A stretch of DNA of 64,000 nucleotides from NCBI RefSeq assembly GCF_011386835.1, contig NC_088795.1, positions 92,132,001 to 92,196,000 on the forward strand. Direction: 5' to 3'. The translations under genes were made by a program, and so were the position numbers. Numbering within the stretch: position 1 is the stretch's first letter; the number at the start of each line of letters is the position of its first letter. The stretch is from Chrysemys picta bellii. Taxonomy: Eukaryota. Below, one piece after another: positions 36,000 to 48,676 of this stretch. The notes beneath the pieces were generated by a model. That model worked only from the letters and a program-made list of their open reading frames with translations. It was not told the DNA's origin and ran no database searches.

Positions 36000-38124
36000 G
36001 CTCACCCCTGTTGCTTTTCCTTGGGGAATTATGGTTTGTAGGCTTTACAGGGATAAAGGGCTACTATATACAGTAATTATTCATCTCCAATTTACATTAA
36101 CCTTCCAGCCCACAAAAATGTTAGTCACCCTATTAGCTGTTCTCTTAGAGACGCACGTTCTTTGCCCAATGGCTCTGGAGTTGGACGTGCATCTCCAGTT
36201 ATGAGTAATGGGAGATGCTCATCTATTCCCCTGGGAACTGGACTGAAACACAACCCAGCCACAAAAGAGTAGTTTAAATCACTGAGAATAGGGTATGGAT
36301 TCTGTGACTGGAGACTATTTCTTTAACATACAGGAGCATTGGTCGGTATCTTCTCTCTTTGACATAATTCAAAAGGACATTGGGCAGTTTGTGCTAGTTT
36401 TAGAATTGGCTGCTGTAATTTTTCCTCTTTGTTTTTCTGTGTTGGCTACTGATGGATACTGCACAGTCAGTGACATACTCTGTTAACATATGGGTTGGAT
36501 TCGAGGCCCACTGTAACATCAGTAGTTGAAAGAGCAAAATGCTGTTTTCAGTCCTGTTTAATCAGATTGCATGAATTTTTTAAGCCTGCTGTTTGCTTTT
36601 AGGGTTACTTGGACACATTGTCCAGTGTGTGTTTCTGTATTCTTAAAGATTTGTCTGTTTGACAAATTCAGTATCAGTACCTTAGACAGTCTACAGGCTG
36701 TGTGGGCAAGTTTTTAACCCCCTGCCCTTTAGTGATCTAGACTGGAGGCAGGCAACATTTTAAATCCCTGACACAGGCAACAGAAAAAGTTAGTCCATCG
36801 CTGCATGCAACAGATCAATTTGTGGGTGTCACTGGAAATTAGATTGCAATAAGTGGAAATATTATTTACCACCACCTACACTTTTGGCTGCAGGCCAATG
36901 TAAGTATTGAACTTGGTCGGAACTCACTTTATTGGCATGCACCAAAAAGGCATCATCTGAGGGGACAGGATGGGACAGGAGTGGCTGCCAAGGGAAGAAA
37001 CTGGTGCACTCTGAGCATGCATTGCTATTGGTGTGAGGCTAGATGAATGTCCACATTAGACAAGAGCTAGGGAATGAAGCTGTCAGGAGACTCCCTCTTC
37101 CTCCCTGTCTCTTCTTTTCTATATCTCTCTGTACTACCATAACTTACTAGGTACTAAACTTCAAGAAAGCCAGGAAAGGGGCATTGAAGGTAGGAATGCC
37201 AGGTTTTGTTCTACACAACAGCAGAATGGATGATTTTTTGGGGGTGGGGATCATGATACAGGCCTGAGTCTCTTCTGGCCTCTAGAGAGACATGTTCTTG
37301 AGCTAGGGAGAGGGATTGGCTGTCCTCTTTCAGCAGAGTAGAGGAGGAGCAAAGATTGGGAGAAGGCTATTGTAGAGCACAGAGCAGAGGAGCCTCAGAA
37401 CTCTCCTTTCTGGGATAGTTGAGGGAGGGGATATTGGTGAGAGGAGTATCAAAGGGGCTTAGGGCTCTTCATCTGGGACCATGTAGGTGGGAAGATAATG
37501 GTGCAGGTGTTGGGGAGGGGGGGGGTGTCCCTGATACCCCGGAGAAGCATCCTCTCTGGGATTTTGTCATTTTTAGCTCTCTACTTGTTTGCAGTTTGTT
37601 CAAATTAGGAAAAAAATATTTGGTAGTTACAGGTATTCTCAGTGAGCAAATGTCAATTTCCTATTAAAGTCACCACCACTGAAACCACTTCCCCAGGGAG
37701 GATGTCCCCTCCCCTTAGGACACATAATACATATTGCTCTCATTTTCTTCCAGAATATTTGACAGATGTTCAATATTATTGGGATTTATTATTAGATCAG
37801 ATTGCTCCATCCTGCAAAGAAGCCCTTGGAATAGTGCTAGAAGGGCAAGCCATGAAGTTTCCTTGCCAAGTCTCCTTTCCGTTGTTCAGAGGAGGGGAGC
37901 TTGTTCATCCCAGCAGTGTGGGTAAGGTGTTCAGACACACAACCCCTGACATCCATGCAGAGGGAGCCATAGGAGACCCAGGCAAGCTGCATTGTTTTGC
38001 GGATTCACTCCCTCTCCTCTACTTCCTGGCAAAGCAACTTAATTGATAACTTTTTTGTACTTAGATAAAACATAGTAGCACTGTTTAAAAATAAATGGGT
38101 CCAAGAAGTTCTTATGAATGAGGA

Positions 38125-38248
38125 TAGGGTGACCAGACAGCCAAGTGTGAAAAATCAGGACAGGGGTGGGGGCTAATAGGAGCCTATATAAGAAAAAGAC
38201 CCAAAAATCGGGACTGTCCCTATAAAATCGAGACATCTGGTCCCCCTA
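38125..38248. mobile_element. 124-bp hAT (Ac-like) MITE
   Basis: TIRs TAGGGTGACCAGA / TCTGGTCCCCCTA; exact TSD AATGAGGA at 38117-38124 and 38249-38256. Confidence 0.93.
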
Positions 38249-41145
38249 AATGAGGATGGATTTCTTATTAATTTGGAAACAAAACATGTGGACATCAATG
38301 TAAATCATGTATTAACATGAAGCCATTTTACAAGAGCATTCCTTAAGTAAAAGTCATAAACTACTTGTGGAGTCAATGTAAAGGCATCAAAAAATCTGGC
38401 CCTAACTAAACCTGCTAGAAATAAAATGACAAGGGGAAGGATGCTGGTCCAGTTGGTGGGAATTACTCGACTTTTACCTCTGAGGAACTGCTTTCAGCCA
38501 TGCAAAGAATTTGTTGGTTGGTTTTAGCCTAACTTGACCATTTAATTCGGCTGGTTTGGCAGTCTGTGTGTTCAGTAGAGATCCAAGACTGGAATAACAC
38601 TTGTCAGGATTGAGTGCTGTGTGGTAAAGTTTACACAGCACCTGGTTTTAGCCAATGCCATTAATTGACCAACTTCAGAGCACCATTGAATTTGAGCCCA
38701 AATATTCTTTAAATCTTAAAACTTCAGTTTTATAGCTGAAGTCGTGGTTTTTTACCTGTTTCTTGTGTAGTGCTGAAAGTTAATTTACCTTTTTGCCTTT
38801 GCATTAGAAAGTCAAGAATAACCTCACCAAATTAACTGGATTGGGTTTCCCATTTCATTTTTTTAGGATAACTGTTTTCTTAACATTTAAAACAACACTC
38901 TGAGCTTTGTGGGGTCTCCATTAAAATTAGTCCTTCAAAAGTTTCTCTTTCATCAAATTAAAAAACAAACACAGCTGTCTTCTAGTTTCCTTGGATACAT
39001 TTCATGTATTGTAAGCACAGTTTGGATCAAGCTATTAGGAGAAGGAGGACTTCCTTGCATAGTGAGAGATGATGGTTAAAAATCATTGCATATTTGATTT
39101 TCACATTTTCAATAAAGATCTTGTATTTGTGCATGCACAACTTGCCAATGCAATGGATAGGCTCTGATCCTACACATGTGGGCAACTTTACACCTATGAG
39201 TAACCCCAACATGAGTGAACTTACTCTTGATCCTAAAGGTTTGCAGGCTCGAGGCCTAATTATTGCACTGGTTAATTTCTGCATTGTACAGTTTCAGTGT
39301 AAGTATTTGTAGGATTGGCGCTTTGGGGCTTCGTTCTGCAAGATGCAGGGTACTCTGGCCCCGATTCAGCACAGCACATAACCACACACTTAACTTGAAG
39401 AACGTGAGTACCCCCATTGAGTTGGAACTACTCACATGCTTAAATATAAGCGCACATGTGCTTTATAGGATGGAGCCAACACAAATCCCATTCGCACATG
39501 GGTGCTAGTGCATCAAAAAATTGTGAATGCCACTGACTGTGGACACATAAATGGCCAGGTTGAGGAAAATTTGTCCCAGAATTAAGATTTTTGTTTTTTT
39601 AAGGAACAGAAATGTAATGCAGGCAGAGGTTCACAAGAAAATCATTCTTGAGCAAAAACTATGAGAACCTTTAAATTGAATTAGTAACCCAAAACAAATT
39701 CAAATAACCCTATTTCCAGTGTACTAGAATTGGATGGATCACAAGAAAAACAAAACTGAGGAGCAATAAAGAGGAAATAGCTAAGTTTTTGGACTGTGTT
39801 TGTTAGCCTCAGATGTATCCTACCGCCTTGCAAAAGGGGCTGTGCTGGAAAGTTGGTGACTTTGGTAAAAAAGCTCTCCAGTCTGTTTGGTCCTGTAGAC
39901 TTCCTGTCTCTGATATCTTCTTTGGGCCTCCCCTGATCTGGATATTATCTTCTGGCTCTAAGCCTTACACTTAGTATGAGCAGCTACTGCAGGATGGTTG
40001 AGTAACAGGGTCTGGAAATTTTCAGCCTCCCTTTTTATTTCTCCCCAACCCCTTCACTAGAGCTGCACATCTTCCCATTAGTTATTGTTCCCCAAACTCC
40101 TGGGATCTCTTACAGTTTCCAGCAGCTGTTGTTGTCCCCCAGCTTGAGGGTGATGACCCCAACCTGGTGTCTGGCCCTACTCTCACTCTCCCTTTCATTC
40201 ACCGCGGTGTGTCTTTCCAGTCCCGGTCTCTGCTTAGTCTTTTGGCCTCGAGATGAAAACCTTGTCTTTGTTTCTGGGACCTTGAAGTGAAAAAATTTTA
40301 AGTTATATCTGTTCTGTCCCCTTAACTTGATTTACCCACTCCTCCCTTGTGACTTACTCTTCCATCTCTACCAACGCCATTCTTCAATTGCTTTTCTTTT
40401 TTCTTGGACTTGCTCCTTTCCTCTCATCAGCAGCTCTCTCCTGCTGAGGGTGGAGACCAGCAAGGACAGATGCAAAAGTACAAAGAGGCTGGACTGTGCA
40501 ACCCTCACACACATTGGTAAGCATTTATTCACACAAGGAACCATTGAAACCACTGGTGCTACTTGCATGGAATAAAATGCTCACCAGCCCAAATAAAGGT
40601 TGCAAAATCTGATCCAAAATATTCAAAATGCTGTAACTTTATTTAATTGGCCTTAAAAAGATTAACATGTCAGAGCAATGGGTCAGAACTGGTGCAGCCA
40701 TGCAGTTAGTTCTATTATTGCATCCTCCTCTTCTCCATGCAGTGGTACTAATACTACTGAGCATCTAACGTATGCAAGACCTAAACAGGCTGGCAGACCC
40801 ATCCATGCTGCATCCGTGGGAAATCACAACAATCATAACATTGTGCTGTGAGAAAACTGCCATTTAGGACACAAACTGTGCTCTTAAATTGTACCTGGCT
40901 TAGACACCTGAGTTCCAATCACCTTAGAAAGTCCTCAGAAAGACAGACAGTGCATATGTGGATCCAGCTTCTAACAACATATCTTGTTGTATAGTTGCCT
41001 TATTAAGAGAAAAGATATAATATTTGTGGGGTTGAGTGAGCAGACCCCAAACTCTGTGTTGCCAACTTTAGTGATATTTGATGCTTGACTTAAAGCCCAA
41101 TTTCTGGACTAAATTGATTATGGCTGGGTTGATTTAGCTGGGTTG

Positions 41146-41255
41146 AAAGCCCTGGCTGGGATGATTTAGCTGGGAATTGGTCCTGCTTTGAGCAGGGGGT
41201 TGGACTAGATGACCTCTTGAGGTCCCTTCCAACTCTGATATTCTATGATTCTATG
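41146..41255 (+). mobile_element. Very short, young CR1 3' end
   Basis: Differs at 1 of 110 positions from the reverse complement of 62102-62211; ends (ATTCTATG)2. Confidence 0.9.
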
Positions 41256-42202
41256 GGAGAATCTCTCACTTTTTTTCTTTTTCTTTTTTAAAAGTAAATT
41301 TCTGTTCTTCATGATTACAGGAAAAAGTTTGAGAATGTGACCGCAGAGCACCATGAAGGCTCAAAAAGCATAAGGAAAATGAAAAGAATCCTGATTTATT
41401 TTTTGTAATGGTTTTTAAGCCAATCTCATGGTTTGGAGGCACAGGGGCTAACTCACGATTTTTGAACATGTGGGGTCAGCAGTGCTGCGCCACTAACTCA
41501 CCAAGACACATTGTTACAGACCATGCTGCAGGGTAGGAGGCAGAGCCGAAAGGAGTGGCATCCACTTGACACTGCCTTTTATAGGCAGCAGCAAGCCAGT
41601 CCCAGTGACTGACCAATGGCAGTCGTCCTACCAGGAAGGGAGTGCTCTCCGTTGATGGGTGGTGTGATGCCACCCAGTCATTAGGCTGCTCTTCAGGCCC
41701 TCCCCTGACAGTCCAACACTGGCTCATATTGCCGGTGCCACTTGCTGCATCTATACCCCTCTATGTCCTTCTAAACATGTGACTATACAATGCTTTGAAA
41801 ATATAGAGTGCTATATAATGACTAAATATTGTTAGTAACACAGGTAAGGGCCATTTAAAAAAACCAATGCATTGGGTTACATTTATTTCTAGGGTATATT
41901 GCTGTTAACTTCGGTGAGGTTACACTATGGACAACACTACTTATCCTTTATAGATTCCTGTAGATCTCTACCAGGGAATTTTGCATAGGAGACAGGCTGT
42001 TGTATCTGGAATAGTTTAGAAGAAAATTATCAAACCACATTCTACCATCTGGTGCCTGTGTGAAACTCCCTTTTACCACATTGGTAGCTGCAGACTACCA
42101 TCTGGAGGCAGAACCTGATCTGCGATGATGCTGTGTATATTTTCTCTTGACAGTTTCAGAAAAGGCTGATGTTAGGTTATGTAAAGTAGTATACTCAACA
42201 CC

Positions 42203-43080
42203 TGTAGCACCCCCTTTTGTCAGGTTTGATGCTGCAAGGGCCCCTTGTCTCCGGCACCTCCTGCAGGCTGCCTCTCACCAGGTGTTCCATATCTCTGCCC
42301 TCTGGCCAAGTCACATAAAAATCCATTCCCTTCCAGGATAACAAGAAGGTCTAATATGAAAATTCACAAAATGTCCCAACATAAGAGCCTTCAGCCCCCC
42401 ACTATTGGCAGATTCCATGGCCTGCCCTTTGGGATAAGTCTTCAGCCCCACCCTGGGCTCAATATTCCTTACATTGGGCTTGCACACCTCTTCTCCAGGG
42501 CTGGTAGAGGAACCCTGGCCCATTCTCTACTCTGGGTTCCAGTCCAGGGACCCTGTATTAAACAGCTAGGCCTGCTGCTTCAGGTGTGCTTCTGTTCCCT
42601 GAGCTGCTTCCTACCCCAAGCCCTCTTGTGCAGCTTTCCTGCAACCTGTGCTTAATACAACCTCCATTTGGTTCTCAGGCCTCTGCCTTCCCCCTAGATC
42701 CTCCTAGTTTCTTCTTTCTCTGCTAAACTCGCTCCTCTTGGGTTGAGCTACTCTCCGTGGGTTTCTCTTTCCAGGAGAGTCTAGTCTCTCCACTATTGAG
42801 TTCCCTCAGCTTCCTTATAAGGCCCAGATACCTAATGATCCTTACCTAGCTCGCCCTCAGCCTCTCCCCACCCAGGCCAGGAGGCACTAGGGTGACCAGA
42901 TAGCAAGTGTAAAAAATCAGGACAGGGGGTGGGGGTAATAGGTGCTTATATAAGAAAAAGCTCCCAAAATCAGGACTGTTCCTGTAAATTCAGGACATCT
43001 GGTCACCCTAGGAGGCACTCAATCAGTCACAGGTGCACTAATTGGCTCTTACCCCCTGGGATGCCCCCTCCCAGACGACA
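42203..43080. mobile_element. LTR-like element (solo LTR) hosting a nested MITE
   Basis: TG...CA-bounded GC-richer block containing ggcccattctctactctgggttccagtccagggaccct, recalled from turtle LTRs; no TSD found. Confidence 0.45.
42888..43010. mobile_element. 123-bp hAT (Ac-like) MITE, same family as 38125-38248
   Basis: Perfect TIRs TAGGGTGACCAGA / TCTGGTCACCCTA; exact TSD GGAGGCAC at 42880-42887 and 43011-43018. Confidence 0.95.
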
Positions 43081-44232
43081 TCAATTAGGGTAAATACTTC
43101 TGTAGCCAAAAGTAAAACCTGCGCTAGTTGCTAAAGTTAAACCACACCAAGCTGAAAAGGTAATGCCATAATTGCAGTTGGCACAAAGCTCTCTTTTCAT
43201 GAATTAGTTATGCCTCAGTTATGTTGGATTTTTGTGTAAGTTGCCCGAAAAGACTGCATTGCACGCCCCTCTTATATAAGCTGTGCACAAACGAAACCTA
43301 GGTTCCGCCTCTCAGAGGCTAGTTCTCAACAGGTGACCTGCTCAGGAGATGATGGGAGGGGACTGGAGACAGAGATTGAGCATTGAAATGGGTCAGAAAA
43401 TGAAGGGGAAAAGGTGCAGGCTGGGTATTGCCAAGCAAGAGAAACTGATTCATAATGAGGGCTGCCCAGAAAAAAACTGAAAAAGCTGAGTGGTCCTACT
43501 CGCCAACCCCTAAAATTGGCCCTGTTCATTACCCTAGCTTTCCTTGCACTAATTTGGATTGATACGGTACATAGGCAGGCCTAACTTGTGCAGCCTTGCT
43601 TTACTACAATTAACCCAGTTTATCACTGACCTTGGCAGCATGACAAGGATGATATTTCAATCTCAAGATCTTTCTTTGATGAATTGGGCAGAATTCTGCT
43701 ATCCTGCAACACCAGGGATCAACATTCTGTCCCCCATATTTATGTGCTCAATATAAGGTAAATCCTACTCAATAAATATTTATGGTCCCCTACAGGTATG
43801 TCCCTCTTACCGTAGTGAAACAGAGTGGGGAGGGATGGACTTGTGGTGGGTGTGTGTGTGTGTGTGTTGGGATACCCATGACCTTTTTGTAGAATCTGCC
43901 TTCAGGCTTGTAGCGCAGCAGAGCAGCTGGTTGTGTTTAGTGACCTTCTCTGTGAGTAGTTCTATCTTTCAGGGTTTAGAATTGATTTTCGGCATCTTGA
44001 CGTGTGACTGAGTATTCAAACTGTTCCCCTTGAGCTACAGGCTGACTGTATGTGCAAAGACACCAACAGCACCAGATACAGAGGCAGAGACTTTATACCA
44101 ACATAAGTAGCAACATCAAGATAATAAAGTAGAAAGTATGTTTGGGGTTCATTAGGGATTCATTTTTGTAAATGAGGCATAATTTGGCCCCTTCTGCTGA
44201 ATCAGTGCTATGGTGGAAATATTCTGTATCAC

Positions 44233-44540
44233 TAGGTTTGCCAGAATTCAGTTTTTTTTTAATAATTTTGATGGATAATATTGCTGTTTATTTTAAAGTA
44301 TTTTAGATTTTGATCAATTTAAATGTTCACAGTAGAGAGAAATTATGGGGCAGCCAACGTCTCGACAATATACAAAGTAAATATCCTTAAATCAAACTCT
44401 AATAAGGGTCCAAACAGCATTTTTCTTACTTTACCTATCTGTAAATTTCGATTGTTATCGATGGAAATATTTTTTTGACAGTTTGTATGTGTATGGTGAA
44501 ATTGACACTTACTGATAAAAATCTAATCCTTCCAAGCCTA
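44233..44540. mobile_element. Old AT-rich hAT-like MITE
   Basis: Degenerate TIRs TAGGTTTGCCAG / CTTCCAAGCCTA; decayed TSD TGTATCAC versus CGTATTAG. Confidence 0.5.
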
Positions 44541-45408
44541 CGTATTAGTAAAGAAGGTGTAATATGGTGATTCATGTATTTTAATCACAAAAGGATTTGA
44601 GTCCTGTAGCTGCATTTTGTTCTAGATGATAGATCAAAGAATATGAAATCAGTTTTTTGAATCACTGAGCCAAATTCGTCCCTGCACCTCGGTGGAGTTA
44701 CATCAAGGATGAATTTGGCTTATCAGAGAATTTGCTTTTCATAGAATGAATTTGCTTTTCATAGACATGTAGGGCTGGAAAGGACCTCAGTAGGTAATCT
44801 AGTCCAGCCCCCTGCTCTGCGACTACACCTAGAATGTACTGTCTGACTCACTAACTGTTTTGACAACTGATGCAAAATGTAGAATAAAACACATTCTGGA
44901 ACATCCTGCTGGAATGGCTTGGGATTAAAAACTTCTACTATACAGAAGGAGCATCATTAAGATACCATAAACTCATCTGTTATAACCCATCATCCTATGA
45001 CAAAGTGTATGGAACCCACTGTAGCTAAGTGAGATTTAAGGGCCTTGTTATCCAAATATTTATCTTTCTCTATGTTGCATAGAGTTGGGTTTTTGGATTA
45101 TTTTTGTAATACCTTAAACCTCACTGACATTATGTCCTGCCTTCCCCAAGATTGTAGGCAGTTAGGCACTTTAGCTATCATCAGGCAGAGTATTGCCTTT
45201 AACCACTGTAGCCAGGAGGCATATGTTCTCTCCTTCCTGTGCCAAGCCCAAGCCATTGGGCTTGATATGAGGGAGGTCTGTGGGGTCAAGGTGGGAGAGG
45301 AGGAAATCAGTCCTTTCCCCCCCCCCCCCCCAGGTTCTAGAGAAGCAGTGGTGTTGCTGCATGACTGCCACTGCTGTCAGAACACAGAAGTAGCATTCCC
45401 AGTCAGAG

Positions 45409-45590
45409 TAGAATCAAAGAATATCAGAGTTGGAAGGGACCTCAAGAGGTCATCTAGTCCAACCCCCTGCTCAAAGCAGGACAATCCCAAGACAGATTTT
45501 TGCCCCAGATCCCTAAATGGTCCCCTGAAAGATTGAACTCTCAACCCTGGGTTTAGCAAGCCAATGCGCAAACCACTGAGCTATCTCTCC
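45409..45590 (-). mobile_element. Tortoise PolIII/SINE
   Basis: Reverse strand has A box TAGCTCAGTGG and a B-box-like GAGTTCAATCT; tail nearly identical to the young CR1 3' end. Confidence 0.9.
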
Positions 45591-46049
45591 CCCCTGTAAG
45601 TAAGTAGTCTTTGTCCATCGGGTGCAATGGCCAGTGGATCCATGCACTATCCTGTTCCCACCCTGCCTTGGTCCACTTCCCAGTATGTCTTATGACTTAC
45701 TGTATACAAGTATCTGAAAGGCCATCCTGTTGCACGAGTGTGGCAGGTGGGCCAAGTAATCCACCATCTGTGCAGTCTCCCTCATGCAAGCAACAATTTT
45801 ATTGATTGTAAACTAGCTGTAGCGCAAGAGTGGTGATATCACAGTGGTCTAGGATTCTTGGCATGGCATAGAGACGTCTTACTGTAGCTGTACAGCACGA
45901 GTGTAATTTGTGAAGTCAAAACGGCTAGGAACTCAAAAATTGGATGGTGACAGACCGCAAAACCTGGTGGTGATTCAACCTGGTGATACTCTGAACAAAA
46001 AGAGCTCTCTCAACCATGCTTGTAGCTGTTTCCATCGCTTCACATTATT

Positions 46050-46222
46050 TTAACCACTTAGTTAATGTCCCAAGGGGAGTGGTGGAGGCTTCCTCACTTG
46101 GGACTTTTTAAACTAGGCTATACAAAATGCTACAAACTGTACCATATTGAACAATCTTGTATGGAAGGGAGATAGCCTGGATGATCCAATAGGTCTTTTT
46201 CATTTGTAACTTCTGTAATTCA
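46050..46222 (+). mobile_element. Ancient CR1/L3 3' fragment
   Basis: gtcccaaggggagtggtggaggcttcctcacttggga...ctggatgatccaataggtc...ttctgtaattc. Confidence 0.55.
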
Positions 46223-48194
46223 CCGCTGGCCCACTGAAGGCAATGAGTACACTGTGCTCCTATTAGGTGGTGGTGAATGTTTGAGCTGAAACTTATGAGT
46301 AAGAAGTAAGATTGTTCTGCTTAATATTCTTAATAGATGCCAGAGCTCTTAGCGATGAGTTAAATTACATGCAGAAAAGCACACATACTGTGTACAGCAC
46401 GTGTTGTAATGCAGCAGTTCACAGAACTGGTTCTGCAGTAGCATACTGTGAAACAGGAATCTCAAGAGGTAGTTGTGACTTGCATTGGCCAACACCCAAG
46501 AAGGGATCACCAGTAATGTTGGTTTAAACTCTTGGCAGGTATCTCACTTGTATACTAATATCCAATTAATAGTTACAACAACAACCATTAAGATTGCACT
46601 ACTAGAGTGCATGAAAAAGAGAGAGAGTACAATTATCTTCCCCATGGATGGCATGAGTGCAGTGTTAATTATCTTGCTATTGGCACTACTGTGGTTATTT
46701 TATCATTGGAATCCATTTGGCGAGGGAGGGAGATTGGACGTGCAATCCACTTTACATTTAATTGTTTGCATAAATACATGGGGGTGATTGTATTAATATG
46801 TGTAGCTGGTTCAAATTAGGAGGGGCCATTCTGGGTGCCCCAGGATTGCCGGTACACAACAGCTTTCTGGCCATGCCCTCTTCATGAAGGGCTATAGGAG
46901 ATGGCTATGCCAGCTCTACACCACCTGGTGACCCTCTGTTCTGCTGGTTTTTCAGCTACTATGCATTGTCATGAGCCAAAGATCTGTCCCTAGGAATCTA
47001 TATGTATTTCCTTTGGTGCTGTGTTTTAATTGTCTGCAGTCCCCCATTTGATGTAGACTATATGTACATTTTACTTGATCATTTCCAGGGGCTTTGAGTG
47101 CACATAGTTTCTAAGGGAGATTTTCTGCTTCCAATTTCTCCCCGTAGAAGAGATTTAATTCCAGTGCATTCTTATTTTATTCTTCCAAGTCATGAGCATA
47201 ATGAGATCGGACAGTAATGGTTGCTGCATTTCACATTTTTGTGCTGTGTCCCCAGTGGTCTAAGCCTCTGTAGGTTTGAAGGCACTTACAGTCATAGTCT
47301 TTGAATTCAGAATAAATCAGATGAGAACAGAGCTAAACAGGACAGAACATTTAATAAGATATATAGCGCCCATCTAAACATGCATTTAATACGTAGCACT
47401 GACAGAGCAAATAAATGTAAATCCTCATGGATCTGGCTTTTTCAGACTTTAAGTCTGACTAATAGTAATGTGACCTGAATGAAGAAAGGAAGTTTGTAAA
47501 GGGAGGTTTAGACCAAATGACTTTTTTGTACAGATGATGAACCATAATCCATACTAGACACTTTTGGAAAGCTTCCCCCGCCTCCTCCCCTCCCCCAGAC
47601 AATGTCCTGTCTGTCAGCTAACACTGCTTTTCATCCCTTGTGCTTATTTTGCAGCAGTATTATGGAGTGCTTGTCCTAGCAGCTATTAAAAAAATGCTTT
47701 TTAAAGATTTGTGATAGTCTCTTTGCTTGTTGTTAAAGTCAACTAATGGTTATGCAAATTTTGTTCTATACTTGATGTCACCTCAGTTATTTCAAATTCC
47801 CAATAAATACACACAATTAAAAAAAATCCTAGCATGATTCTGGGCCCAGTGGTGCTTTCAAGCACCAGGATAGCTGGTAGTCAACAGACCAAAGATTTCT
47901 GCTTTACTGATAGAGCCTGATTTGTATGCATGCTGTCTAAGGACAATAGGGTTAAATAATATTTAGCACTTCACTTAGGTCTCTACCTCTTCAAAGTGTG
48001 TTATAAACATTAACTAATCCTCTCAATCTCACTCTTAGGTAGGTAACTTTACCTAAACCTGGTATAGGTAGGTAGCAGCTTATACCTTACAGATATTTTG
48101 AGTTAGAGAGAACATGCACATGTGAAATAAACCGAGAGGAAAAACTTCCTTTTAGTATCCTCGGATATATCTTGTAATCTCCCCACCCCTTGTC

Positions 48195-48410
48195 CACTCC
48201 ACAGTCATATCTTGCTTTGATGACTTTAACCACTGTCTGTCTGGCTTTCACTCCTTATCCTGTCTATCTAAAATGCTTCTGCCAAAATCTTCTTCCTCTT
48301 GTCCTTGCTTCAACTAAATTTCTGCTCCTCTTGAAGCTCTCCTTTGCGTCCTGTCCCTGTCTCATACTTCATCACATTCAATCTCCTTGTCCTCTCTTAC
48401 AAGACAGTTA
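48195..48410 (+). mobile_element. L2 LINE fragment
   Basis: atatcttgctttgatgac...ctctggc...aaaatgcttctgccaaaatc resembles the L2 RT C-terminus (SRLDYCN..L.G...QNAAA). Confidence 0.5.
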
Positions 48411-48560
48411 ATGAAGGGTTTCCAAACTGCCCACAACTGGTGGTAGTATGACTGATGGTTAACAGGGAATGCCCCAAAAGAGTACACTGCACGTCGGCCA
48501 TATGATGGAGGAGAGAGATAAAAGGACCCTGGACAAATAATAGGACTCTTTTTAAAATAA

Positions 48561-48676
48561 AAGGCCAAATTCTGCTCTCACTGACATTGGTGTAAATCTG
48601 GAATAATTCCATTTTACTCAGTGCAGTTACATTGGCTAAAATCAGGAGTGATAAGTGAGGGGAGAATTTGGCCCTT
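48561..48676. repeat. Short palindromic element (representative of many similar copies in the window)
   Basis: Terminal inverted repeat GGCCAAATTCT / AGAATTTGGCC; related degenerate palindromes at about 12690, 29520, 30545, 39150, 44665, 48930, 51540. Confidence 0.6.

Noticed and set aside
17960-37880. Recurring GGAAACTTCATG motif at about 17972, 33231 and (reverse strand) 37850
   Set aside because: The flanks do not align convincingly; could be chance or an unrecognisable ancient repeat
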